From contig NC_042997.1 of the NCBI RefSeq assembly GCF_006345805.1, positions 51,708,001 through 51,772,000 on the forward strand: 64,000 nt of DNA, written 5' to 3'. This document shows positions 26,210 through 39,700 of this stretch, piece after piece; within the stretch, counting starts at the first letter, position 1; every line of letters starts with the position of its first letter. Origin of the DNA: Octopus sinensis (lineage: Eukaryota). The notes beneath the pieces are model-generated. The model was given only the letters and a program-made list of their open reading frames with translations. It had not been told where the DNA came from and did no database searches. The position numbers and the translations under genes were made by a program.

Positions 26210-29200
26210 ATATATGTGTGTGTGTGTGTGTATATATATGTGTGTGGTGTGTGTGTATATATATATATGTGTGTGTGTGTGGTGTATATATATATGTGTG
26301 TGTGTGTGGTATATATATGTGTGTGTGTGTATGTATATGTGTGTGTATATATATGTGTGTGTGTGTGTGTATGTATATGTGTGTGTGTATGTATATATAT
26401 GTGTGTGTATATATATATGTGTGTGTGTGTGTATGTATATATGTGTGTGTGTATGTATATATATATGTGTGTGTGCACATACACACATACATGTGTGCAA
26501 AATAGAAACACACACACACACACGAGAGCAAGAGAGAGAGAGAGAGAGTTGTGAGACTTTATGAGAAAATACAAAGATGCAGCGTTGCAGTGGAACTTTT
26601 GATCTCAGAAGATACTTGTTTTTCTGAGTTTATATAGGAATGGAATGAATCACAAATTCCAATAGCCTTGTTTCCCTTATTCTCTATTCCCTCCTCATCC
26701 TTCATTTACATGCTTTTCTTTTATCCCTTATATTTCTGACTCAAAGGGGCCTTATCTAAATAGTTTGCTATGCTGCATACCACGGATATTGTTGAATGAG
26801 TCATAACATGAACTTGCTTGCTATGCAGTTGATTGTAATCATTTCCCAGGAATTCTTTTACTTGAAGTATTTAACGATTTATTGAGACACCTTATTAAAA
26901 ATAAGGGAACAAATGTCCATTATTTATTAAGGATAGACTGGATGCTGCTTATAAGTTGTCCTGATAGTTGCTACAACTGAAGTTGTCTTAGGATTGGGAT
27001 ATTCAACTTCTTAAGAAGGAAGGTAAATATTTATTTGAAATCATCATGTATAAAATATTTCATTTATGCCAAATACTTTACTTGTTGATATGATGATGCT
27101 TATTGAATCTGTTCTTACAAATTTGCATTTAATTCCATTTATTTAATTTTGTATTACACTTCTTAAGGGTATTATTTCTGAATGATTGGTTATTTAGCAG
27201 TTTTAGATTTCAGAATAGCATAGTTTTCAGTCTCCTAGCATTTACACTTAAAGACAAAAAAATTCCAATAGGGAAATATATATACTTTTACTGAGCTGCC
27301 AGAAATAGCAGCCGAAACTCTCTCAAATCACATCCTATCACTTTAAATGAACACATTGCAAAATATAGTCAAGGATATACAAATGGATGGGATGGGATGG
27401 GATGGTCACAACTGGAATGACTCCAACAATAAGTATACTCAATCTTGGTAACATTAGAACTACATACCAATAATTTAATGTTTTATTTAAAGAAATTTCG
27501 TTTAAAAAGATTAATTATAGAATTTTTATTGTTAATAATACATTATTAATTTTTTATAAATAAATTTATATTAGAAATTATTTATTAATATATTTATATA
27601 ATATATGATTATTTATAAATATATTTATAAATAAATAAATAAAAGATCAAAATTACTGAAATGTTTTTACAGTAACATTTGTTTGTATTTTAATTCCTGA
27701 TAAATGTTTATCTCCCTATGTTATATAAAAACATAACTTTTGTTAATTTTATATTTTATTCTGATTTAAGATAAATTATTATTTTTACAAACAAAGCATC
27801 TTTACTAATATATCAGAATTCAATAAATAAGCAGACTTTGCTTGAAGCTTAACTTTTTTGTTAGCAACTTGAGACCAACCCTAGTTCTATTTCACATTAT
27901 ATAATTTTAAATGATTTAAATTAAGACCTCTCATCAAAAGTTAATGTTAATTTATGTTCTAAACATCAGTTCCATAATGACAAAGTTATTTTAACAAATT
28001 CTTCATTAATTTCAAAATTTATTGAAACAAAGACAATATATTTTAATAGATATGGTAAAAAATGGTTAAAAATGAGAATGCAAGACAATATTAGGTTTAT
28101 TAAAAATATATTTGTTTAAAATATTCAATGAATGAAATCAATCAAGAGAAGAGAAGATGCACTTTTTAATTTTTAAATCTATCAAAAAAAAAAAAAAAAT
28201 TGCCCTGCATGTGGCTGTATTACAGGACGGTACTAAGGACTGTAGGCTAGGGAGCTGGATGAGCTGTTCAGCACAGAAATTGTTATTCATAATAAAATAT
28301 AGAATACTAGTCAAATTATCAAAGACTTTTAACTCAAATTTATGAAAAATTGCATATAGTGCATCAGTATTTATGTGGAGAGGTTACATCATCTCTACAC
28401 TTTCTTCCCCATTATATAATATCCTCACCTGATATATGTCTTATATTATTTAATGACTGTGTTACCTTTAAGAAATGCGTGTTACCTAAATGAAAAATGC
28501 TCCTAGAAAAATGAAAGGAGTGTTAATGAACTTTCCTCCACCCGTCAGTTATTTGTGTTGAATGGATGGCAACAAAACCATAGCAACATCCTGATAGCCA
28601 ATTTCAGGAACACCACACATCACCACCAGGAACACACATTTCATATCCTGGATGGCAACTTTCTTGACCAAAATATTAAGTTATACAGATAATCTGAAAG
28701 AAGATGAAGTTGAGATAAGATACTCCTAAAATGTATTTTATTTATAAATTTCCCACAGAGTTCAAACCCATGGCTGGAAAACCAAAAAGGCATGGTATAA
28801 CATTAAATTTAAGTTACATGTTGCAGTATATGCCAAGTAACATGACAATAGGGCAGTTGCTTGGTATTTTGGTCTGCCACCACCTAAGAAAATGGTAAGG
28901 ACTTGGAGGAGACAAAAAAAATCAACTGAAAACTACTAGATATAGCAAACACTGTCTTCACAGGGAAATTGAAAGTGGTCTGAATTAGAAGCATTAAAAA
29001 CATAGGTGTTTGATCCTAGAAACTTTTGCTTTTCAGTATCCATTAAAATGTACCATTCAAAACTTATAGAAATGGATAGAGATATCAACGATTTTTAGAG
29101 TGCCAGTATAATGCAGTTTCAAATTTATAAGGAAAAATAACTTTTGTATGAGGATTAGAACAAGAATAGCACAGAAATGCCCCACTGAATATGAAGATAA

Positions 29201-32200
29201 AATCATTAAGGCTTCTCAAGTGTATGATTAAAGCAAGAAAAGTCAATTTTGAATTTTCACAGACATGGATGAAATATCATTGTTATTTGATGTATCATCA
29301 AACAAGACAGAAGAATCTTTGGATGCTACATTTGTGATTAGTTAAAGCATGTGGCCTTGAAAAAATACACTAACACAGTTATATTAGTATGCCACACTGA
29401 TGGCACAAAACTGTCACTGTTCTTAATTTCTAAAAGAAACACAATGCCTAAAGAAAGCATATCTAATGACACTTATGTTCATGTCTATCCAAAAAGCTGC
29501 ATTCATGGGGAAGGGATGAAACTGTTGTTTGATCAGGCATTCTAATGGGCTCTTAAAGAAACCTGCCAAATTAGTTTAGGACCAACTGAGCATGGTAAGA
29601 GGAATGTTGAAGAATGGAAGATCCAGTTAATTATAATTCCTTGAGATTTAACCACTCACTTACAGCTTTTAAGTGTTTCAACTGACAAACCATTTAACCT
29701 TTTAGTGTCCGCATTATTCTGTCAAAATTAATGCTTCTTCATCTCTATTGTTTTGAATTAATCATGCATTATCTTGTAGCTATGAGATTTTGATGAGGTA
29801 GCTGTTAATTTTTTAAACAATATTGTAGGGTTGGTGTGAGAGACCAGATATGGCTAGCTTGAACATAAAACAAGTAGAATATTTTTGGCCGGATGTGACC
29901 GGTTTAAATGCTAAATGGTTAAAGCATTCATTGAGGATGAGTAGAGCATGTGGATGCAGTCTTCAGATTTTGAAGTGATACCAACAGGGTGAAGGAAGAG
30001 GCCTTTACTACTTCTTTTTTCATTACAGCCAAATTTAATTTAATTTTGTTTAGAGGCTTGTGTAAAGTTACATTACATTATATAATTCCATACTTTATTC
30101 CAGTATACTCTCATCACATTGTGTTTAAATGCACTGAACCATACATTTCTGCCCCACTACAAAACCATTATAAAATATCTTTCCATCAGTGTATGATGAA
30201 ACATAATAATTGTTTCTTATTTCTTCACAAAATATCATTGTAAAATAGGGGAGCATCTTATGTGAGGGTGCGCCTTACACATTGACAGATATGATGTAGG
30301 TGTATGTGTGTGTATATATGTATGTTGAAGGCTTAGTGGTTAGGGTGTTGCACTCACGACTGTGAGATTGTGGGTTCAATTCCCAGATTGGGCGTTGCGT
30401 TGTGTTCTTGAACAAAGCACTTCATTTCACAATGCTCTGCGATCATTTCAGCATCTGACATGTGGCACCCAGTTACACCTGTAGAGGTAATGTCGGTTTG
30501 ATGGAGGAAGTGAACCTTTGATCACTATAAACAAATCATCTGTGTGGTTCTTTGGTAAGAAATTGTCAAACCCTCATACGTTGTATAACGATGGGAGAGT
30601 CCTTTGTACATATATGTATATACATGTGTGTGTGTATGTATATATATATATATAAGAATGACTGGAGAGATTAGATACTCTTGGATGCCTATTGCATGAA
30701 AATTAGTAATAAATTAGGCAGTAGCATACATGATAGAGTATGCCAAAACATTTTCAGCTGATTAAAATTTCTTACTTACTCACCAAGTATGTAAGGATCC
30801 ACTACTATTTTCCTTATATATGTCTACATTTTTTCTATTATTTATTGAGAAAGTTACAAACATTTAAGCATAAGACAAAACTTATGCACATTTTTTAAAA
30901 AGAGACTGTTTTTATCAAAAGGCTTTAAAAGTAAAAGGATGTAAAAAATAAACTATAAAAATACTATAAAACGAAATTGAGAACATCTTCCTTTAGCAGT
31001 TCAAAAACATCTAAAGTAAATTAAATTTAAAACCAAAAGATTAAGCATCTAAAGTAATTTATCAAATGACTATGTCTAAAGATATATACTTAATTAGTTA
31101 TCCTTTCCTTTAACATGAATGCTTCATTCACTTAATTAATTGGATAAAATTATGATAAAAAGTCCTAAAGTAATAAAATATTTTTCTATGAATAGAAAGA
31201 AAAATTATCCTGATATTACCTCATCTTTTAGATATGACTATTGCTGAAGAGAAGATGAGGAAAGTGGAGATGAGGAGTTGATATACAAAACCTTTTAGTT
31301 CCAACTACGACTCATCGATTTATGACATCATGAGTTGTGGCCCCACCATTCTATTTGTTATTAGTTTCATCATTATATTTCTTACATTGATTGAAAAGCA
31401 CACAACACATACGGCTACTGTGAATCATCAGCTGACTTTTTAATACCCTATCCATTTAAAGTTTGTGTTCAAAGACTATAGCTATGCCATTTTGGTTTTT
31501 TATTCATTTTTATCAAAGAAGTTACAGACACTTATGCTCAAGACAAAACATATAAAATCTTTTTTTTTTAAAAAAAGGTTGATTTTTACCAAAAAGCTAT
31601 GAAAGTAAAGAGAACATAAAAGAAATAAACCAAAAAAAATACGATGAAAGAAAATCAAGAATATCTTTATTTAGTAGTTCAAAAATGTGAAGTACATTAA
31701 AGCTAAAACTAAAAGACTGAACATCTTAAGCAGCATTTTAAGAGAAACAAACTCAATTAAATACACAACCTTTCCTTTTCAAGATTAAAGCATTAACTTT
31801 TTTGTTATATTTCTGTTGAAATACAGTTTCAGTTAATTTTCAAGATAATGAAGAATTTAGTAAAATAACTTTGTTATTATTAAGTTGGTGTTTGGAATAT
31901 AAACGAACATGAAGGAGCAGTCTCAGACAGGTTGATATCAATGGAAGTTATATGAAATAAATGTAAAATACACCAATCCAACCGTACGACAGGCACCCAT
32001 GCCAACCCCCTCTGCTTGCGAAGACATGTTGGGGCAAGCGAAATCGAAATCGAATTGAACCAGCCAGGATCCCTGATCTGGTGGTACGTAAAAAGCACTA
32101 TCCGACTCGTGGCTGATGCCAGCGCCGCCTCGACTGGCTTCCGTGCCGGTGGCACATAAAATACACCAATCCGACCGTGGCCGTTGCCAGCCTCGCCTGG

Positions 32201-35200
32201 CACCTGTGCAGGTGGCACGTAAAAAGCACCCACTACACTCACGGAGTGGTTGGCGTTAGGAAGGGCATCCAGCTGTAGAAACATTGCCAGATAAGACTGG
32301 AGCCTGGTGCAGCCTTCTGGCTTCCCAGATCTCCGGTCGAACCGTCCAACCCATGCTAGCATGGAGAACAGACGTTAAACGATGATGATGATAAGTTTAT
32401 CGTTTCAAAATTTTTTGAAAAAATATTGTATTTAGAGAACTGGAGTTAAATCAAAATCCAAAATTTACTAACACCTTGTTCTTAGAAACAGTATTGCTTC
32501 TACCAGATTCTCTTTCATAGAAACCTTTCTGAAATTGGTAATTTTAATGCATTATGTCACAATTTACATTTAATCAGTCAGTAGATTGCACACACTGTAT
32601 TGCTAACATAGCAGATTTGGCAGTTATGAATTTCATTATCTTTTAAACCTAAATGAATAATATTTAATGAGAATTTCCTATCCAAGTATATAAAAAGTTA
32701 GGCTACTACCAACTATCAACAACCACAGCTAAGTGTCCTCCATCAATTCATTTTTCTAAGTTATATATAATCTGGTACAGAAATTAAAACTATAATACAC
32801 AACTAAATTACAAAAAGCATGCAATAACAACAAATAACGAAAAAATATGGTAAGTGTATGATTTAGATTACCATATTTGATTGCATAAAAGATGCTCTTC
32901 CTTTTCCAAAAAGTTGCCCCAAAAAATCATCCTAGGTCCTGTATGCAAAGTTGGGTCCCATAAGCTTTAATGCACTTAAAACTTTTTCTCCTGAAATTGT
33001 GATGTATCTTTGATGCTATCAAATATGGTAATTTGCTTTTCTTTTTTGGAAAATGTTCAACTTTTATTTTTTTATTTTAAAACTCAAATTTGCTTTTGTG
33101 ATTTTTTTTCATTTTTCAAATTTAATAGCAATCAACTGTTCCATATATCTTGCGGCAACTTTTGGTGGCTGATGTCTCATATTGATACAGGTGATATCAT
33201 CAATGGATCCAAAGGCCAGAGATGGAAGTTGCTACAACAGCTGGGGCTAGGAAAATGCTGCAATGTTTATAAAGCCATTCTTCTAGATGGAGATTGTCAG
33301 GTACCTTATCCCTATTGGCAAAATCATATCTTTTGATTAGTTTTTAATTGTAATTTCTTTTAACTTATTGTTTTTAATTTTTTTTAACAAATTTTAATTT
33401 GTTTTGATAATTTAAAATTAACAGTAAACTATTAAAGTTAAAACTTGGTGATTCTTAAAGATTTTCTGGAAATATTTCACAGTATAAGAATTGAAATGTC
33501 ATTTAGGAGAAGTGTAACGGAATGATAATGGTACATTTGCTCTCCCTGACACTGAAATGAAAGAGACATGGAAGTGTTATTATGAGAGGCTGCTGAATGT
33601 GAAGAATACATAAGAGGGAAGGAGTATACCCAAAGTAGACCCAACAGAGAGATTAGCCATTTAAGTCAATGGCAGTATGGTTGCTAAGGTGATTAAAGAT
33701 ACAAAAACAGGGAAAACAGCTGTCCCACCAAAAATAGTCACTGAGATGTTGAAAATATCTGGCAAACTAGAGTATGGTTTAGTCACTCAGATAGTCAAGT
33801 GATACAAAAAAAGCATCATACCCATTGACTGGCATAGCAGCATTATTATAAACTGTTACAAAGACAATAGAGATGCACTAAAGAGAGGAAACTACAGAGG
33901 CATCAAATTGTTGGACCAGGTTACATTGATTGGGAACAGGATTAACCTAGATGAAATGCAGTTTGGTTTTGTATCATGAAGAAGTACCACAAATGCTATC
34001 TTCATAGTTATACAACTGTAAGAGAACTAATTAGCTAGAAGTAAGCCTTTTGACTTAGCATTTATAGATTGGGGGGAAGCCTTTTATGGGGTTTGTCACT
34101 CTGGCATCTGGTGGGCATTAATGGAAGTTTACGATAGATGAATGACTTATGAAAGCCATACAAGCTATACAGTCAACAAGGTGAGAATTAACAAGTACAG
34201 TGAAGAATTTTAGGTAGGTATTCATCTTGAAGTAGTCCTTTTCTCTTTCCTGTTTATTATAGTGCTTTAAGCTGTAACAAAGGAGTTTGAAACTAGCTGT
34301 CCATGCAACTTGTATGTACTGATAACTTTATTCTTTAACGGAACCTGGAATTAAAAACTGGAATTAAAGGGCCTTAAAGTAAACTTACTCAAGATTAAAA
34401 TTACAATAAGCAGACAATAAAAACTGTGCTGTCAGAGAAATAGCCATGATCAAAATGCAGGAAAGGAGTAGGTAGAAAATTCATAGTGTGCCCAGTGTAA
34501 ACAATCAATGCACAAGAGATGGAGTGAGATCACAGGCAGGTTAACAGCAAAGGTAGTTTTCACATGTACCAACTGCACAGGAGCATTAAGCAAGGAATGT
34601 ACCTGGGAAATAGAGCCTCTCAACTGCTTAGGAGGTTCCTAAGAAGTAGCCAATAGCTTTTGTTATCTAAGTTACCTAGTTTGTTTATATGTATGTATGT
34701 GTGTGTATACACACATATACACACAACGGGTTTTAGTTTCCATTTGCCAATTTCACTCATATGGTATTGGTCAGCCCATATTTTTAATATAGAATGTCAG
34801 CTGACAGTATCCACACAGTGGGACCAAATCCCTACCCATGTAGTTTCAAAGTAAACTTATTATTCACACATGTGAAGTTGTGCCTTTAGCCATGTCTGCT
34901 TCTTTACATGCATGCATGTATGTGTGCATGCACACTTGCACACACACACACACACATAATTACTATATGTTTATTTTATTTATCTTACAATTTATCTCTG
35001 TCTATATAAGAAAGAATAAGTTAGTGAGAGGAGAAAGAGGGACAGCAAGGTAGGTAGAAAGTGATGTAAGAGGGGAGAGAAAATGAAATTTTTAGGGAGA
35101 ATAATGAAGATATGAAATTGATTGTTTTTACTATTACATAGAGTCAAAACTATTGAAAAGGTTGCAAGACGCAACAAAAATTTTAGAAAATTTAAAAAAA

Positions 35201-36672
35201 AAAGAAACAAGTGGAAATTTTACCAATGAGTATGTTAAATTATAAGGCACCAAAAGAGAATGACTCCCCCCAGACACAACAGAATATGCTTCAACACACG
35301 AACTCACATAAAGAATCTTGCAAACTAAATCCCAAAACAAAATACTATTACATAAGTTTGTAAACAAATCTCCTTTAGTGAATTTTTTTCACAGAACTTA
35401 GTGTATGTATGTGTGTTAAATCTTTACAAATATTGTTTATTTTGTGCGTGTGTATGTGCATTTTTTCTTATTCATATATGCACCCTTCTCATTTGTGTGT
35501 TTATGTGCATGTATTATGTTTGACTTGTCTTTATCTCTAAGAGTTGTATGTATGTGTGTGGGTTTGTGTACATGAAACCCTGTGCATTCCTATCATATTC
35601 TTTGTCATCAGAAATGGTGACAACTTTTTGTGTTGGCACAATGAACAAAATATTTCTATTTTTATGCTTCAATGGGGCAGATTCCCTTCAAATTTTTTCA
35701 GGCAGGGGCATATGACTAAGAGCACATTGATCAAAACATTTTAACTACATCATGTAGCTTACTCAAAAACAAGAAATACACATGCATGCAAACAAAATTT
35801 GGATTTTAGTATTATACAGATAAATAAGAATTACTGAATTTAGCTAGTAATCAACTGATTTTTACTTCTTAATATGTTCAAACATAACAGTAAATTATGA
35901 TTAGATAAAGAAAACAATACTAACTTCATATGAGATTATAATCGGATTAAACAATAACATAGAATCACTGTAATTATACTACACTATAATATAACCTTAA
36001 CTGTACTTTGTTTTGAAGGTTATCATATATACTGAGTGATGTAGCTTTACTGTACCAAGCTTAAATGTCATATTAACTGCTTTTTTTTTCTTTCTGTAGG
36101 TATTTGATTATTATAATTAAGAACAGACTTGTATACATAAGACATTATGTTAAGATATAACTAAAACTAGCCATATAGCCCGGCATTGCTCGGGTTTGTT
36201 TTCTTTTCAACCCTTAAGAATTGGAATTTTTGAAAAGTAAAAATTTTAAGTGAACATTTTTTCTGGTTGAAATACACCACAAAATGGTGACACAGCAATC
36301 AAAAATCGTAAAAAAATAGGGATTTTCATAGAAAAAAGCACCTTTTTTATGTAAATAATTTTTGGTGTTAACATGGTCCGATTTGAAATTTTTCTTCTAC
36401 TGAATGAAGAGCAAGCCTTCTTCTATCATACTCTCAATTTTGGTCAACTTACGCCACAGGGTCTCGGAGGAGATAGTGTTAGTTGAAGGCTACCAAACCT
36501 GCCACACACACACACACACAGATAACTTCAGCTTTATATATATAGATTAATGTGTAACTTTCTAAATTCTGCTCCTTCAGTTGCTAATTTTACCATTTCC
36601 CTTTCAATTATTCACTTGCTTGATGAAATGTTTAAAATTTTAATTTGAAAGTACAACTTCTATATTACTGTT

Positions 36673-36711
<39 letters not shown>

Positions 36712-39700
36712 GGGGTGTCATTTAAAAAATTATTTCAAGTTCTTTTTTTTTTAAATGTCCTAGGCTGCTGTGAAAGTTTACAAGAAAGGTTTGCAGTATG
36801 AAGGAGCTCAGCAACGTGAACAGCTTTTACTACAAATTGTTTTACAAAAGCAGGGATTATGCAAACAACTTGGTATGGTTAAACAATAAAACTTAAAATT
36901 GTTTATGTAAAAGATTTTTATGATGAAAAATCATGAAGTTCATTATCTTATATAGTTAAATTTCTCTCATATTTATACTTTTTATTATGAAGAATTTATT
37001 TGTTCTAGACTTTAAATTTAATTGATTTTCTTTCCTCATAGGATTGAAACTTCCTCATAGGTTACATGGAACAATCAACAACCTAAATCTACTGGTGCAA
37101 ACTAGCATTCAATATTTGTTTCTTTTAAATACACCACAGAGCATATTTAGTACATCCTATTGCTTTGTTATTGTTTTGGCCCATACCTTGCACCAAGTTA
37201 CCCCTGATTGAGCAGACCTATTATCTAAAGCAATCCAGTATATGACCATTTTTTTTGTATATCTAGAACTACATTATCCAATGTGCCCTTTCTTTTTTAA
37301 GATTAGGTTGTGACTTGAGGGAGATTGTCTGATATTTCTAGCTGGCTGAGCACCAATGAAAGGCTCATTTGTTGACTCAGTAGAAATGGTAGACATTAGA
37401 CTCCGTCTTTTGCAGTATTTAGTTTACTCAATATCAGTCTTATGGAAAAATGCTGCTAAGACAGTTAGTTAACTTCCAATCATTCTGCAATAATAGAATT
37501 GGTACCAGTAACATACTAGGATCAATTCAGTTGACTACAGATCACCTACAGAAAACAAAACAAATGGCTATAGGCTTCTCTAAGAGAACAGTAATAGAAA
37601 CGAAGTTATTAATGATATAAGGCAGCAAGCTGGCAGAATTGTTAACACACCAGGCGAAATGCTTGGCAGTATTTCATCTGTCTTTATGTTCTGAGTTCAA
37701 ATGCTGTTGGGGTTGACTTTGTCTTTCATCCTTTCATCCCTTGTGTCTGTAGTAGAAAGGGTTGTTAATGATGTTGTAATTGACTTTCTAAACAAATCTT
37801 TTGCAGTTGAAGTAATTGACAGTTTTCAAATAAATGGTCATAGTATATTGGTTGAAGAACTGCTGGAGTTGAATCTTTACCAAATAAAATGTTTAACAGA
37901 GTTGAAAACGTTCTCATTTTACATGATACAAATGTTTATAAAAGATGTTTTGATGTAAGTGTTTCATTTTCGTTTTGTTTTTTTTTTTTCTTTCATTCCT
38001 TGGTATTATTATTCAGTATCCAGCTGATTTCTTTTGTCTTTTCTAAAAGCGATAACATTTTATTACTTATAATAAGAGATCCCTTACATGAAAAACAGAT
38101 AAAAGTTAGTACCAAGAAAGGCATCCAGCTCTAAGACAATGTCTTGTTAACATATTCATGCAACCCATGCAAGCATGGAAGAATGGACATAAAACTGAAA
38201 CCAGATGTATATAATATTTTCCATCTTCTAGTAATACTAACCAATTTTCATCCTTCTCCCTCCTTTTAAAGATTAACACATACACGCACACACAGACATA
38301 CACACACTCACTTCATGTGCAAGGACAACCAGTTACCTCTCTAGGAATGAGAGTCAAAACATCAGGTCATATTGTAGAGACAGTAAAATAGCAAATGCAC
38401 ACACAATATGACCTGATGTTTTGACTCTCATTCGTAGAGAGGTGACTGGTTGTCCTTGCACATGAAGTGAGTGTGTGTATGTCTGTGTGTGCGTGTATGT
38501 GTGTGTGTGTTAATCTTTAAAAGGAGGGAGAAGGATGAAAATTGGTTAGTATTACTAGAAGATGGAAAATATTGTATACATCTGGTTTCAGTTTTATGTC
38601 CATTCTTCCATGCTTGCATGGGTTGCATGAATATGTTAACAAGACATTGTCTTAGAGCTGGATGCCTTTCTTGGTACTAACTTTTATCTGTTTTTCATGT
38701 AAGGGATCTCTTATTCCATGCTACTTTGAAGGTACTGGACTGCAGTCATGCTGGGACCTTAGGATTTTAGTTACTTACAATAATTATTTCAGTCCAGTAC
38801 TTATAGTATAGATTTGTGTGTGCTCATTTGTTTTACATCTGTTTTTCCATGCTAGTGTGGGTCAGAGGAATGTGCTATTGGAACATTATTTTACAGTTGC
38901 AAGCCATCCTGTCATTAATCCTTAGTTGTTTTTTAAATCTTTAGTGTTCAGATTATTCTGTCAAATGTGATTTTTAAAATTTATATTGCTTTGAATTAAT
39001 CATGCATTATCTTGTAGTTTAGAGATTTCAATGATGTGATTTTTTTAGTTTTAGAATGACATGGCAGGGCTGAGGTGAGAGGCAAGATCTGGTCAGTTTC
39101 AATATAAAACAGGTAAAATATTTTGGCCGGATATGGCCAGTTTGAATGCTAAAGGGTTAAGTAAGGGAATTTTAATACCACTCATTTTCAAAATCACAGA
39201 GACAACAGATCTTTTGTTGATAAGGAATTGTCAACAAACAACACTGTTTGTAGCTTAACCCTTTAGCATTTACACTAGCCATATCCAGCCAAAATATTCT
39301 ATCTGTTTTATCTTCAAACTAGTCAGATCTGGCCTTTTGCACTTAGCCTGCATTATTATCCTAAAAATAAACAATCATGTTATTGAAATCGCAAAGTCAC
39401 AGGATAATGCCTCATTAATTCAAAACAATGTGAATAAGTGAGCATTACATTTGACAGAGAAATCTGAATGCTAAAGAGTTAATACCTTTTTCATGTACAG
39501 CACAAAATGCAGACATTCACACACACACACACACATGTACAACATTATATATGATGGTCTTCTGTACCAAACAAATCCACTCACAAGGCATTAGTCAACC
39601 TGGTGTTACATTAGACACTTACTCAAGGTGCAGGATAGTGGGAGTAAACCCAAAACTCCATGGTTGAAAAGTGAACTTCCCAGTCACAAAGCCTACTATC

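Noticed and set aside
26115-26574. Long His/Thr/Tyr/Ile or Val/Cys ORFs (also at 52182-52984, 24910-25155 and 58607-58855)
   Set aside because: They are translations of TA/TG microsatellites that happen to lack stops; not genes.
26992-27022. 31-nt exon-like segment (TTAG|GATTGG...GAAG|GTAAAT)
   Set aside because: Inclusion after the 12660 donor causes a frameshift and stop. It has no ATG of its own and no homology support. It could still be a UTR or poison exon, but this is unsupported.
32846-32855. ATG|GTAAGT as an alternative first exon of the kinase
   Set aside because: A phase-0 donor is out of frame with the phase-1 acceptor at 33191.
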